Source: an uncultured Candidatus Rokubacteria bacterium (GTDB taxonomy: Bacteria > Methylomirabilota > Methylomirabilia > Rokubacteriales > CSP1-6). Taken from it: 64,000 nt of DNA. This document shows, piece after piece, positions 38,970-52,052 of the stretch. Both the position numbers and the translations under genes were made by a program. The notes beneath the pieces were generated by a model that saw only the letters and a list, made by a program, of their open reading frames with translations, did no database searches and had not been told where the DNA came from. Numbering within the stretch: position 1 is the stretch's first letter; each line of letters starts with the position of its first letter. The stretch is taken from contig CAVWFS010000018.1 in assembly GCA_963754315.1 (NCBI GenBank), positions 416,001-480,000 of the forward strand. The letters run 5' to 3'.

Positions 38970-40094
38970 ATGCTCGATGTCTTCGTGGGGGGCGCTGGGA
39001 TGACACGCCTCGGCCGGCGGACCGAACCGCTGGCGGACTTGATGGCGGAGGCTGCCCACAGCGCACTCGGCGCGGCCGGCGTGCAGGTGCCGGACGCCAT
39101 CGTGGTGGCGGCCATGAACCCCGAGGAGTTCATCGGTGACGGCAATTTTGCCTCGAATATCGCCACCCATATGGGCTTCGCCGAGGTGCCTACCTGGCGC
39201 GTGGAGACGGCGACCTCCTCGGGAGCGGCCGCCCTCTACGCTGGCTTTGCCCAAATTGCTGCGGGACTGCATCGGTCGGTCCTGGTGGTGGGCGGTGAAA
39301 AGATGACCCACCTGAGCACCCCCCGCGTGTCGGAGGTGATCGGACGTTCCATCGATCCCCATGAACGCTCCTATGGGGCTACCATGCCGGCGTTAGCTGG
39401 CCTGGTCACGCGCGCGCTCATGGCCGAGCACGGTGTGTCGGCTCGCGAGATCGCGCAGGTTTCGGTGAAGAATCACAGCAACGCGACCCGCAACCCCTAT
39501 GCCCATTTCCCGCACGCGGTGTCGATGGAAGAGGTCATGGAGAGCCGGATCGTGGCCGATCCGCTGCGGCTTCTCCACTGTTGTCCCATCTCCGATGGTG
39601 CGGCGGCCGTGGTGCTCACGGCGGTACGCACACACGTTCGCATAGCGGGGATCGGTCAGGGCACGGACACGTTGGCCGTCCGCCACCGTCAGATGCTGAC
39701 GCGCTTCCCGGCTACCCAGGCGGCTGCTGCTGCCGCCTACGCGATGGCGGGTTTTGGTCCCGAGCGTATCGATTTCGCCGAGGTTCACGACGCGTTCGTT
39801 CCGTTCGAGCTGATCTCGCTGGAGGATCTGGGCTTGGTGCCGTACGGCAAGGCCGGACGCGCCACCCTGGACGGCGAGACCTCGCGCGAGGGACGATTGC
39901 CCGTGAACCTCTCGGGGGGTTTGAAGGCTCGCGGCCACCCGTTGGCGGCCACGGGCCTGGCCCAGGTCGTCGAATGCGTTTGGCAGCTCTCGGGGACGGC
40001 GGGCGAGCGTCAGGTGGAAGGCCGCGTGGCACTCGCCCACTCCATCGGGGGTCTTGCCACCAACAACTGGGTCACCATCCTGGAAGCTTCCTGA
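38970..40094 (+). CDS. Thiolase-fold (SCP-x type) protein lacking the catalytic cysteines
   Basis: VETATSSG, GGEKM, CCPISDGAAA, EVHDAF, SGGLKARGHPLAATG, HSIGG. Confidence 0.85.
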   Translation: MLDVFVGGAGMTRLGRRTEPLADLMAEAAHSALGAAGVQVPDAIVVAAMNPEEFIGDGNFASNIATHMGFAEVPTWRVETATSSGAAALYAGFAQIAAGLHRSVLVVGGEKMTHLSTPRVSEVIGRSIDPHERSYGATMPALAGLVTRALMAEHGVSAREIAQVSVKNHSNATRNPYAHFPHAVSMEEVMESRIVADPLRLLHCCPISDGAAAVVLTAVRTHVRIAGIGQGTDTLAVRHRQMLTRFPATQAAAAAAYAMAGFGPERIDFAEVHDAFVPFELISLEDLGLVPYGKAGRATLDGETSREGRLPVNLSGGLKARGHPLAATGLAQVVECVWQLSGTAGERQVEGRVALAHSIGGLATNNWVTILEAS

Positions 40095-40095
40095 C

Positions 40096-40524
40096 ATGAT
40101 CGAGACCATTGCGGGGTCGCGCTGTCCGCGCTGCGCGATGGTGGTGGTGCCGCCTGCCGCCTACTGCCCTCATCATCCCGTGGCCATGACCTCCACGGAT
40201 CTGCCCGGCGTGGGCGAGGTAGTCTCCTACACGACCCTGCACTCAGCGCCCGAGGGTTTCCGGTCACCCCTTCACCTTGCGATCGTCGAGCTCGACGGGG
40301 GCGCCCGTTTCGTCTGCCACGGTGCAGAGACCCGGGGCATCAGAATCGGTTCCCGAGTGGCGGTGGAGGCTATCGACAACGTCTTCTACTTCGCGCAGCT
40401 GGGCGCGCTCGACCGCGCCCGCCTCTTCTGGCGTCGTGCCGGCCGGGCCGGTGATCGCGTCAACGCCATCGCGCGGAGCTGGGCCAAGCGGGCCTGGAAA
40501 GGAAAATCTCGTGCCGAAGGCTGA
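40096..40524 (+). CDS. DUF35 Zn-ribbon/OB-fold partner protein
   Basis: CPRC...PPAAYCPHH, GEVVSYT, AIVELDGG. Confidence 0.85.
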   Translation: MIETIAGSRCPRCAMVVVPPAAYCPHHPVAMTSTDLPGVGEVVSYTTLHSAPEGFRSPLHLAIVELDGGARFVCHGAETRGIRIGSRVAVEAIDNVFYFAQLGALDRARLFWRRAGRAGDRVNAIARSWAKRAWKGKSRAEG

Positions 40525-41725
40525 TAGGCGCTCCCCGTCCGCGTCGCCCCTGACGGGCGTTCGCGTGCTCGATCTCACTCGCGTGTTGGCCGGGCCGTTC
40601 TGCTCGATGATGCTCGGGGACATGGGTGCCGAGGTCATCAAGGTCGAGGAACCCGGCAAGGGGGACGATACGCGAAGCTGGCCGCCGTTCGTGGGCGGTG
40701 AAGCCACGTACTTCATGTCGGTCAATCGCAACAAGAAGAGCATCACCCTCAACCTCAAGGACACCGAGGGACAGGCGATCCTGCGCACCCTGATCGGGAA
40801 GAGTGACGTGCTCCTCGAGAATTTCCGGCCTGGCACCATGGAGAAGCTCGGCTTCGGCTACACCACCCTCGCCGACCAGAATCCCAAGCTCGTGTATTGC
40901 TCGATCTCCGGCTTTGGCGAATCGGGTCCGGAGGCCGGACGCGCCGGCTACGATCTCGTGGTTCAGGCCGAATCGGGCCTCATGGACATCACAGGCTTTG
41001 CCGATGGGCCGCCCGTGAAGGTGGGGACGTCGATCGCGGATCTGGTGGCGGGTATGTCGGCCGCCCACGGTGTCGTACTCGCCCTCCTGGCGCGAGGTCG
41101 CACCCGGCGCGGCCAAAAAGTCGAGATTTCGATGCTCGACACGATGGCCGCTCTGCTCACGTACCAGGCAGGAATCTATTTCGCGACGGGCCAGCGGCCG
41201 ACTCGGCGCGGGAACGCTCATCCTTCGATCGTTCCCTACGAGGTCTTCACCGCGTCCGACGGTTTCGTCGCCCTCGGTGTCGCCAACGACTCGCTGTGGC
41301 AGCGGTGCTGCAAGGCCCTCGAGCGCCCAGACCTGGTCACTGACCCCCTGTACGGCACGGTGTCCAAACGCGTCGAGAACCGTGAGGTGCTCATTCCCCT
41401 CTTGAACCAGATCATGGCCGTGCGCCCGGCTGCCGAGTGGCTCGAGCGATTCGAGGCGGCCGGCGTCCCGGCCGGACGCATCAAGAGTGTCCCCGAAGTG
41501 TGCGAGAGCTCTCATCTGCGGGCTCGCGGTATGATCGCCACCTTGCCCCACGCGGCGGCCGGGCAGGTCACCGTCATGGGAGTTCCCATACAGCTTCACG
41601 GCACACCGGGTGGGCTCCGGCAGGCGCCGCCACGTCTCGGTGAGCACACCGCCGAGGTTTTGCGCCGACTGGCGAGGGTGCCCGCCCGCCAGATCGCACA
41701 CCTTCGTGAGCGTGGCGTCATCTAG
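40511..41725 (+). CDS. CoA-transferase family III (CaiB/BaiF)
   Basis: RVLDLTRVLAGP, NRNKKS, ENFRPG, GYD, IAD. Confidence 0.93.
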   Translation: MPKADRRSPSASPLTGVRVLDLTRVLAGPFCSMMLGDMGAEVIKVEEPGKGDDTRSWPPFVGGEATYFMSVNRNKKSITLNLKDTEGQAILRTLIGKSDVLLENFRPGTMEKLGFGYTTLADQNPKLVYCSISGFGESGPEAGRAGYDLVVQAESGLMDITGFADGPPVKVGTSIADLVAGMSAAHGVVLALLARGRTRRGQKVEISMLDTMAALLTYQAGIYFATGQRPTRRGNAHPSIVPYEVFTASDGFVALGVANDSLWQRCCKALERPDLVTDPLYGTVSKRVENREVLIPLLNQIMAVRPAAEWLERFEAAGVPAGRIKSVPEVCESSHLRARGMIATLPHAAAGQVTVMGVPIQLHGTPGGLRQAPPRLGEHTAEVLRRLARVPARQIAHLRERGVI

Positions 41726-41800
41726 GGTTGGGCGCGCCATGTTGACAGCCTCTTCGTGGATCGCTGATCATACGGGGCAGGCGTGAACGAGGAGGGCAAA

Positions 41801-43381
41801 ATGCGCCGTCTTATCAAGATTTATGACACGACTCTTCGAGACGGGACTCAGGGTGAAGGTGTCTCGTTCTCCATGGAGGACAAGGTCCGGCTCACCGCGC
41901 GTCTCGACGCGCTCGGCATCCACTACATCGAGGGGGGCTGGCCGGGGTCGAACCCGAAGGATCTACGCTTCTTTCGGCGTATGCAGGACGCGATCTTCAA
42001 GCACGCCAAGCTCGCCGCATTCAGCATGACGCGCCGCGCAGGGGGCACCGCGGACACCGACCCCAACATGCAAGCTCTCATCGAGGCCGGCGCACCGGTG
42101 GCCACCATCGTGGGCAAATCCTGGGACTTCCATGTCACCGAAGCGCTCGGCACGACGTTGCCCGAAAACCTCGCCATGATTCGTGACACGATCGCCTTCC
42201 TGCGACCCAGGATGGAGGAAGTCATCTTCGACGCTGAGCACTTCTTCGATGGCTTTCGCGCCAATCGAGACTATGCCCTGGCCACCTTGCGGGCGGCCGA
42301 GGAGGCCGGGGTGCATTGGCTCATCCTCTGCGATACCAACGGCGGCACGCTTCCCTTCGACCTGGTCGAGATCATCCGGACCGTCAAGGCGTACGTGCAC
42401 ACACCGCTGGGAATCCACGTCCACAACGACGCTGAGTGTGCTGTGGCCAACTCGCTGGCCGCGGTGGGGGAAGGCGTGGGCCAGGTGCAAGGCACCTTCA
42501 ACGGCTACGGTGAGCGCTGCGGCAACGCCAACCTCGTCTCCGTGATCCCGAGTCTTGTCCTCAAGATGGGGCTCGACTGCATCCCGGAGAACAACCTTCG
42601 CGAGCTCCGCTCGACCGCGCGGTTCGTGGCGGAACTCGCCAACCGGAAGGCCTGGGATGCCCAGCCCTACGTGGGAGATTCGGCCTTTGCTCACAAGGGA
42701 GGCATGCACGTGTCCGCCGTCCTCAAGCACCCGGAGACGTACGAGCACATCGATCCCCAGGCCGTTGGAAACCATCGACGCGTGCTCGTGTCGGAGCTGA
42801 GCGGCAAATCCAACATCATCTGGAAGGCTCGCGAGTACGGCATCGACCTGGACCGCGAGACCCCCGATTCGCGCCGCATCCTCGACCAGCTCAAGGCCCT
42901 GGAGGATGAGGGCTTTCAGTTCGAAGGTGCGGAGGCCTCATTCGAGCTGCTGATGGAGCGAGCGCTGGGGCACCATCAGCCGTACTTCCACCTCGATGCC
43001 TATCGCGTCATCGTGGAGGAGCAGAACGCCAGCCAAGATCCGGTGGCCGAAGCCACCGTGCGGGTGCGGGTGAAGGGCGCGCTCGAGCACACGGCCGCCT
43101 CCGGTAACGGGCCCGTCAACGCCCTCGATCATGCCCTGCGTAAGGCCCTGGAGGAGTTCTACCCGAATCTGCGCGACATGCGCCTGCTGGACTACAAGGT
43201 GCGAATTCTGGACGAGTCGAAAGGGACGGGCGCCAAGACGCGCGTGCTCATCACCTCGGGCGACGGTGAGGAGACATGGAGAACGGTGGGTGTCGCCGAC
43301 AATATCATCGAGGCGTCCTGGCAGGCGCTGGTGGACTCGATCGAGTACAAGCTGCGCTGCGACGAGCGGCGCAGCGTGTGA
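41801..43381 (+). CDS. cimA: Citramalate synthase
   Basis: [59 protein letters not shown]. Confidence 0.9.
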   Translation: MRRLIKIYDTTLRDGTQGEGVSFSMEDKVRLTARLDALGIHYIEGGWPGSNPKDLRFFRRMQDAIFKHAKLAAFSMTRRAGGTADTDPNMQALIEAGAPVATIVGKSWDFHVTEALGTTLPENLAMIRDTIAFLRPRMEEVIFDAEHFFDGFRANRDYALATLRAAEEAGVHWLILCDTNGGTLPFDLVEIIRTVKAYVHTPLGIHVHNDAECAVANSLAAVGEGVGQVQGTFNGYGERCGNANLVSVIPSLVLKMGLDCIPENNLRELRSTARFVAELANRKAWDAQPYVGDSAFAHKGGMHVSAVLKHPETYEHIDPQAVGNHRRVLVSELSGKSNIIWKAREYGIDLDRETPDSRRILDQLKALEDEGFQFEGAEASFELLMERALGHHQPYFHLDAYRVIVEEQNASQDPVAEATVRVRVKGALEHTAASGNGPVNALDHALRKALEEFYPNLRDMRLLDYKVRILDESKGTGAKTRVLITSGDGEETWRTVGVADNIIEASWQALVDSIEYKLRCDERRSV

Positions 43382-43423
43382 TCGTCGGGCCAGCGCCACG
43401 CCGAGGTTCCCGACCGAGGAAAT

Positions 43424-43886
43424 TTAGAGATCACGGGCCGCTCGCCAGGTGCGGATCTGCTCTCCGTGCTCGAGGTAGTGGTGGGCGCTGTTGAGGTCGA
43501 TGATCCGGTAGGCAGTTCGGCCGGGCTGCACGCGCTCGTCGGGCACGCCGGCGGCCATGTGCATGAAGTATTCATGGCTGCGGTCGAGTTCGAGCAGGAC
43601 TTCGTCGAGTGGCCAGGCTTGCTTGGCGGCGACGAACCTGGCGTTCCAGGCGTTCGACCTCGTCGTAGGAGACGCCGTCGGGAAGGGGTTTCGCACCACG
43701 AGCAATGCGCCCGAGGGCTGGCCCCATCTCGCGATGCCAGCCCGACATGTGGGCCACGATCTCCCGGATACTCCACGTTCCCAGCCACACCTCGGTCAGC
43801 TGCACCTCGTTGAGTCCGTGGATGGCTGCCTCGAAGGCGTTGTATTCGCGGGCCGCCCGATTCAGAAGCTCGTCTTTTGCCGTCAC
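43424..43886 (-). CDS. DinB/ClbS-DfsB-like four-helix-bundle protein, +1 frameshift near 43654
   Basis: GGGAG RBS, WSIREIVAHMSGW. The other frame continues AWNARF...HHYLEH. Confidence 0.75.
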
Positions 43887-44038
43887 CGACGTTCTCCCTC
43901 CCTTGTCACCATCCGCGTTGGCAGTCAAGCGCGTGAGGTTTTCCACAAATAGCATCGCCCCTCCATGGTAGCCCCAAGAGCGCAACCGAAGGTGGGATGG
44001 CCTTGGCCCGTCGCCGTCCAGTGTAAGATCGTCCACAT

Positions 44039-46153
44039 TTGAGCCAGGGGAGGACGCCTATCAACCTCGAGTCGCTCTTGAGGCCCCGTTCGGTGGCCGT
44101 GCTGGGCGCCTCCGAACGACCGTCGCCCGGTCAGATGATCGTTCAGAGCCTGGAGCGCATCGGGTTTCCCGGCGCGATCTATCCGATCAACCCGAAGTAC
44201 GAGACCCTGTTTGGTCGTCGGTGCTACGCCTCGCTCAGCGAGGTTCCGTCCGGCGTCGACGTGGTCGCCCTGTGCGTCAACCATGCGAGGATCCTCGAAC
44301 ATCTGCCGGCCGCTGCCGAGCGGGGCGTGCGAGCGGCGGTGATCTTCGACGGCGGCTTCGCCGAGAGCGGCGAGGAAGGCGCGCGCCGCCAGGAGGCGCT
44401 TGTTGGGCTCTGCCGAGAGGCAGGAATCGCGTTGTGCGGTCCGAATTGCATGGGGTTCGTCAGTCCCCACGCGCGTGCGCTCGTCTACATCCAGCAGCTG
44501 CGCGACCCGGCGCTGCTGGCGGGTAACGTGGGGCTCATCTCGCAAAGCGGCTCGGTGTGTATCGGCCTCTTGGCCGATTGTCGGCGCTTCGGCTGGAGCC
44601 ACGCGATCTCGTCCGGCAACGAAGCGTTGTTGACCGCCGCCGATTTTCTCGACTATCTGGTCGACGATCCCGCCACCCGCATCGTCGCCCTGTTCCTCGA
44701 AACCATCCGTCAGCCGGAACAATTCGTGAGCGCGCTGGATCGGGCCGCCGATCGTGGCAAACCGGTGGTCGTCCTCAAGGTCGGGCGATCGGAGCGGGCG
44801 CGCCGGGCGATCACCAGCCACACGGGCGGTCTGGCCGGAGAAGCTCGCGTGTTCTCGGCGATGCTGAGAGCCCATCGCGCCATCGAGGTGAACGATCTGG
44901 ACGAGATGGTGGAGGTTTTGGCGTGCAGCCAGGCCGAACGGTGGCCCCGTGGTCGACGGCTGGCCGTGATGACAGCCTCCGGTGGTCAAGCCGAGCTGAT
45001 CCTGGACCTGGCCGCGAGCGCGGCCCTGCACCTACCGCCGCTTTCCGACGACACCCGCGCCAAGATCGGCGCGGTGCTCGGCTCGGTGGCCGGCGACGGT
45101 AATCCGCTTGACGCCTGGGGCCACGGGGACTTCGCCGTGAACTTCCCCCATGCGTTGTCGGTGCTCGGACGGGATCCTGACCTGGACGCGGTCGTGCTGA
45201 GCAGTGATAGTTTCGATGACCAGCCCTTCGGCACGCCCGAACGCCTCCTGGCCTATGCGCGCATCCTGGCCGAGGCGACGACGACCTCGCCAAAGCCGCT
45301 CTACTACATGACCTCGCGGTCGGGCATCTTTCGCCGGGATCTGCTGGCCTTTCTCCGCGGGCACGGCATCCCGTTACTCGGCGGCACCCGGCAGGGCCTG
45401 GCCGCTGTGGATCGACTCGCACGCTGGGCGGAGCCCCGCGCGGCACGTCTGGACCCACCGGAGGCCAGGCGGCGCATCGAAGGAGCCCTGGCGGGCCAGA
45501 GGCGGCCGACGATCCACGAGTACGACACCAAGCGGCTGCTGGCGGACGCCGGCGTGCCCGTGGTCCGTGAACAGCTGGTGAGCACCGTATCCGATGCCCG
45601 CGCGGCCGCTGCCGCAATCAGATACCCGATCGTCCTGAAAGTGGTGTCTGACGAGATTCCTCACCGCTCCGACTTTGGACTTGTCGCGGTGGGCCTGCGC
45701 GACGAGCAGGAGCTGGACCGCGAATGGCAGCGGATGTCGGCGCGCCTTCGCGAGATCGCTCAGGAGCCTGGAGCGCGCTTCCTTGTCCAGGAACACGTGG
45801 ACGGTGGCCTCGAGGTCTTCGCTGGTGTGAAGAACGACCCGTCGTTTGGGCCCGTCCTCGCCTTGGGTGTGGGTGGCCTCCTGGTAGAGGCTCTGGGGGA
45901 CGTCACCCTTCGTCTGCTACCTCTTCGTAAGGGGGAGGCAGAGATCATGGTGGGCGAGACGCGGGTCAAAACACTTCTGACGGGATTCCGAGGTCGGCCG
46001 CCGGGCGACCTGGCGGCGCTGTGCCGCTGCCTGACTGCCCTCGCGGATTTCGCATGGGCCGAGCGAGCGCAGTTGAGCGAGCTCGACGTTAACCCGATCG
46101 TGGTCCGCGAACACGGCTGCACCGTCGTCGACGCCCTGATCGTGCCCCGCTAG
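44039..46153 (+). CDS. Acetate/acyl-CoA ligase (ADP-forming), fused alpha-beta
   Basis: PRSVAVLGAS, GPNCMG, SQSG, SHTGGLAG (phospho-His), C-terminal ATP-grasp with FGP and ELDVNP. Confidence 0.9.
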   Translation: MSQGRTPINLESLLRPRSVAVLGASERPSPGQMIVQSLERIGFPGAIYPINPKYETLFGRRCYASLSEVPSGVDVVALCVNHARILEHLPAAAERGVRAAVIFDGGFAESGEEGARRQEALVGLCREAGIALCGPNCMGFVSPHARALVYIQQLRDPALLAGNVGLISQSGSVCIGLLADCRRFGWSHAISSGNEALLTAADFLDYLVDDPATRIVALFLETIRQPEQFVSALDRAADRGKPVVVLKVGRSERARRAITSHTGGLAGEARVFSAMLRAHRAIEVNDLDEMVEVLACSQAERWPRGRRLAVMTASGGQAELILDLAASAALHLPPLSDDTRAKIGAVLGSVAGDGNPLDAWGHGDFAVNFPHALSVLGRDPDLDAVVLSSDSFDDQPFGTPERLLAYARILAEATTTSPKPLYYMTSRSGIFRRDLLAFLRGHGIPLLGGTRQGLAAVDRLARWAEPRAARLDPPEARRRIEGALAGQRRPTIHEYDTKRLLADAGVPVVREQLVSTVSDARAAAAAIRYPIVLKVVSDEIPHRSDFGLVAVGLRDEQELDREWQRMSARLREIAQEPGARFLVQEHVDGGLEVFAGVKNDPSFGPVLALGVGGLLVEALGDVTLRLLPLRKGEAEIMVGETRVKTLLTGFRGRPPGDLAALCRCLTALADFAWAERAQLSELDVNPIVVREHGCTVVDALIVPR

Positions 46154-46162
46154 TCAGTCAGT

Positions 46163-46364
46163 TTCGAGGCCCGTTCGAGGCCCCCGCGAGTGCGCGCATG
46201 ATCGAGGGGCGCGCCGGGATTCCCGGGGCGTCCCGAGCGCTGAGGGGGCCCGGGGCCCCGCGAGTGCGCGCAGGATCGAGGGGCGCGCCGGGTTTCCCGG
46301 GGGGCCCGAGCGCTGGGGGGAGGGGGCCCGTTCGAGGCCCCCCTTCTAATTGGCGGCCCCCCTT

Positions 46365-46369
<5 letters not shown>
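46163..46369. repeat. Tandem array of the two-hairpin REP-like element (copies B1 and B2) between convergent genes
   Basis: About 74-nt period CCCCGCGAGTGCGCGCAnGATCGAGGGGCGCGCCGGGnTTCCCGGGG...CCCGAGCGCTG. Terminal GGGGGCC-CGTTCGA-GGCCCCC. GGCCCCCCTTCTAAT duplicated at 46336 and 46355. Confidence 0.88.
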
Positions 46370-49105
<2,736 letters not shown>

Positions 49106-49137
49106 TCAGACGGAAAGCCCGGCGCCTGATTTCTCCC

Positions 49138-50763
49138 TCAGCGCGTCGAGGGCCCCGCGCTGAGTCGTAGCGCGAGAAAAACGGGCAGGAGGCCGGCAAG
49201 CACCAAAGCGAGGGATGGCACGGCGGCCTCTGCCCACAGGGACTCCGAGGTTCGTTCCCAGACTTCGGTGGCCAAGGTGCTGAGGCCGAAGGGGCGCAGG
49301 AGGAGAGTGGCTGGCATCTCTTTCATCGTCTCCACGAACACCAAGATCAGCGCAGTCAGCAGCCCGCGTCGGAGCAAGGGCAGATGTACTCGGTACAAGG
49401 TGCCACCCACTCGCGCCCCCAGCGAACGCGCGGCGTCGTCGAGGCTACGCGGGAGGCGGCCAAGGCTTGCGTCCAGAGTCTGAAAGCCGACGGCCACGAA
49501 GCGCACCGAATACGCGAAGAGCAGGCCGGCCACCGATCCCGTCAACAGGAGCCCGAGGGGATAGCCGAGCACGCGCTCTGTCTGAGACACGAGGATGTGG
49601 TCGACCCAGGCCATGGGCACCAGAACACCCACCGCGATCACAGAGCCCGGCAGCGCGTAGCCGGCGGCCGCCACCTGGGTGGCAAGCCGTACACTTGCCG
49701 AGGGATGCAGCCGCCGGGCGTAGGCAAGTACGATGGCCAGGGCAGCCACGAGCAGGGCGGCGGCTGCAGCGAGCGCGAGGGTACGGAGGAGGGTGGCATT
49801 GAAGTGAGGCACGGGGGGCCAGCCAAGGAGAAGAGGCCCTGCCCACACGAGCAGCTGGGTCACCGGGAGAATGAACGCGATACCCAGGACCACCGTGCAG
49901 CTGCCAGTGGCAGCGATGGCTCGGGCCCCCCGGAGCGCGACCGGGGTCACGCCTTGACCGCGCCGACGACTCTGACTGAAACGTGCACGTCCACGCAGGG
50001 AGCGTTCCACGACGACGAGGCCGAGGGCAAACAGGAGAAGCAAGCTTGCCAGCTGGGTCGCTGCGATCCGGTCGAACATGCCGTACCACACCCGATAGAT
50101 GGCCTCGGTCAAGGTCCGATAGCCAAATGTAGCTACCGTACCGAAGTCGGCCAGCGCTTCCATCATGGCCAGGGCACTCCCTGCCACGAGCGCCGGACGG
50201 GCCATGGGAAGGGTGATTTGCCGGAAGGCTCGCAAGCGGGTGCAGCCCAGACTTCGAGCCGTCTCCAGGGTGGCCGCCCCCTGCTCGGTGAAGGCCGAGC
50301 GGGCAAGCAGATAAACATAAGGGTAGAAGACCAAGGTCATGGCTGCCACGACCCCGCCGAAGCCGCGCGGATCGATGGTGAGCCAGGCGCCCAGGCGATG
50401 GCGGACCAACGTCTGTAGAGGACCAGCGAAGTCGAAGAAGCCCAAGAAGGCAAAGCCGACCACGTAGGCGGGCATGGCCAGTGGCAGCACCAGCGCCCAT
50501 TCGAAGAGACTGCGCCCAGGGAATCGATAGTGCACCACGAGCCATGCGAGCGTTGTACCGACCACGAGGGTACCGAAGCCCACCGCTGCCAGGAGAAAGA
50601 CGGTATTCGCTATCAGCTCAAGGAGCTGCGTCCGCATCAGATGGGACCACACCTCGACGGACGGCGTAGCAAGCGACGAGAGGACGGCCGCGATCGGTAC
50701 GGTCAGGACGGAGACGATGCCGAGCGCCCCCAGAGTCCACGGCGACCACACGCGGGAGATCAC
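49138..50763 (-). CDS. Fe3+ ABC transporter permease (FbpB/FutB-like)
   Basis: Two permease halves, LPLAMPAY, ETARSLG, ALPGSVIAVG, KEMPATLLLRP. Confidence 0.92.
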   Translation of the reverse strand: MISRVWSPWTLGALGIVSVLTVPIAAVLSSLATPSVEVWSHLMRTQLLELIANTVFLLAAVGFGTLVVGTTLAWLVVHYRFPGRSLFEWALVLPLAMPAYVVGFAFLGFFDFAGPLQTLVRHRLGAWLTIDPRGFGGVVAAMTLVFYPYVYLLARSAFTEQGAATLETARSLGCTRLRAFRQITLPMARPALVAGSALAMMEALADFGTVATFGYRTLTEAIYRVWYGMFDRIAATQLASLLLLFALGLVVVERSLRGRARFSQSRRRGQGVTPVALRGARAIAATGSCTVVLGIAFILPVTQLLVWAGPLLLGWPPVPHFNATLLRTLALAAAAALLVAALAIVLAYARRLHPSASVRLATQVAAAGYALPGSVIAVGVLVPMAWVDHILVSQTERVLGYPLGLLLTGSVAGLLFAYSVRFVAVGFQTLDASLGRLPRSLDDAARSLGARVGGTLYRVHLPLLRRGLLTALILVFVETMKEMPATLLLRPFGLSTLATEVWERTSESLWAEAAVPSLALVLAGLLPVFLALRLSAGPSTR

Positions 50764-50789
50764 ATCCAGCCCCGCGATCCCCGGGCGGA

Positions 50790-50864
50790 CGTGCTCGGGT
50801 TACCCCGGGATCCCGGGGTAACCCGAGCACGAAGGTGGGCATGGGGGCCCGTTCGGGGCCCCCC
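50790..50864. repeat. Two-hairpin REP-like element, copy C, containing a perfect 42-bp palindrome
   Basis: CGTGCTCGGGTTACCCCGGGA|TCCCGGGGTAACCCGAGCACG (50790-50831), then GGGGGCCC-GTTCG-GGGCCCCC. Confidence 0.88.
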
Positions 50865-50867
50865 TCA

Positions 50868-51887
50868 TTAGCGATATCCGGCTCGGTCGGCCAGCTTGGT
50901 GGCGGCGGCCTGGAACTCACCCGCTGCGGCCACATTGACATCGTCCTGCTTGTACTTACCCCACTTGGCCACGATAGGATTCACGCCCGCCTGAGGATTG
51001 ACCGGATACTCCATGGAGACGTCGGCGAACATCTGCTGCGCCTCGGGGCTGGAGAGGAACTCGAGCAGCTTGATGGCATTGGCGCGATTCTTCGCGTGGG
51101 CTGTCACCCCCGCCCCCGACACGTTCACGTGGGTGCCGGTGGTGGCCTGGTTGGCCCAGAAGGGCGCGACCGGAAAGGTGGGAGTCTTGGCGAGGATGCG
51201 CGCCAGATAGTAGTGGTTCGTGATACCGACGTCGCACTGACCGGCGGCGATGGCTTCCAGGATCTTCGTGTCCCCGTTGATGAGTACAGGCTGGTTGGCC
51301 GCCCAGCCGCGGACGATCTCCTCGGTGCGGGCCTCACCATACCGTTTGATCATGGTGGCGAGCATCGATTGATTGTAGATGTAGCCCGACGTACGCAGAC
51401 AGATCCGACCTTTCCACTTCGGGTCGCCCAGGGCCTCGTACGTCGATAGCTCGGCCGGCTTGACCTTGTCGACGTTGTACATGATGGTCCGGGCGCGCGC
51501 GGTGAGCCCGAACCAGCGGTTCTCGGGATCGCGAAAGTGCGCCGGAATGTTGGCCACGAGATCCGGGGAGTCCACCTTCGCCAGCAAGCCGGCGCGGGCG
51601 GCGTTCCAGAGATTGCCGGCGTCGATGGTGAGCAGCACGTCGGCGGGCGTCTTGTCACCTTCAGCCTTCAGGCGCTCGAAGACCTCGCCACTACTGCCGT
51701 TGAGGATCTTGATCTCGATTCCGGTCTTCTTGGTGAAGGCTTCGAAGGCCGGTTCCTGCCCGTAGTGGCGGGCGGAGTAGACGACCACCTCGGGACCGGC
51801 GGCGGGAGCGCCGACCCCGGTCAGTCCCACCGTGAGCGCTGCGAGGACCAGGATTGCCGTAATGAGCGTTGCCTGACTGGTGCGCAT
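50868..51887 (-). CDS. Fe3+ ABC substrate-binding protein (FbpA/FutA-like)
   Basis: Signal peptide, VYSARHY, DAGNL, YIYNQS, NHYY (Fe-ligating Tyr pair), HVNVSG. Confidence 0.92.
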   Translation of the reverse strand: MRTSQATLITAILVLAALTVGLTGVGAPAAGPEVVVYSARHYGQEPAFEAFTKKTGIEIKILNGSSGEVFERLKAEGDKTPADVLLTIDAGNLWNAARAGLLAKVDSPDLVANIPAHFRDPENRWFGLTARARTIMYNVDKVKPAELSTYEALGDPKWKGRICLRTSGYIYNQSMLATMIKRYGEARTEEIVRGWAANQPVLINGDTKILEAIAAGQCDVGITNHYYLARILAKTPTFPVAPFWANQATTGTHVNVSGAGVTAHAKNRANAIKLLEFLSSPEAQQMFADVSMEYPVNPQAGVNPIVAKWGKYKQDDVNVAAAGEFQAAATKLADRAGYR

Positions 51888-51992
51888 AGACGACCTCGTC
51901 TCGTGCTAGAGTGGCCACCGCCCCGATCCACGTTGCCCGCGCGCGCGGGATGGCGCTATAGTGGAGGTGGCTTGAGGCGGATGGCTACCCGA

Positions 51993-52006
51993 TTAGGTAT
52001 ACCTAA
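51993..52006. promoter_or_regulatory. DtxR/IdeR/SirR-type operator
   Basis: Perfect palindrome TTAGGTATACCTAA in the divergent region between the Fe ABC and the DtxR-family gene. Minus-strand TTGACA at 52018-52023. Confidence 0.8.
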
Positions 52007-52052
52007 GATGAAGAAGGTGTCAAGCCTAGAATCCAAGGCCCGGGCAGCCTCC

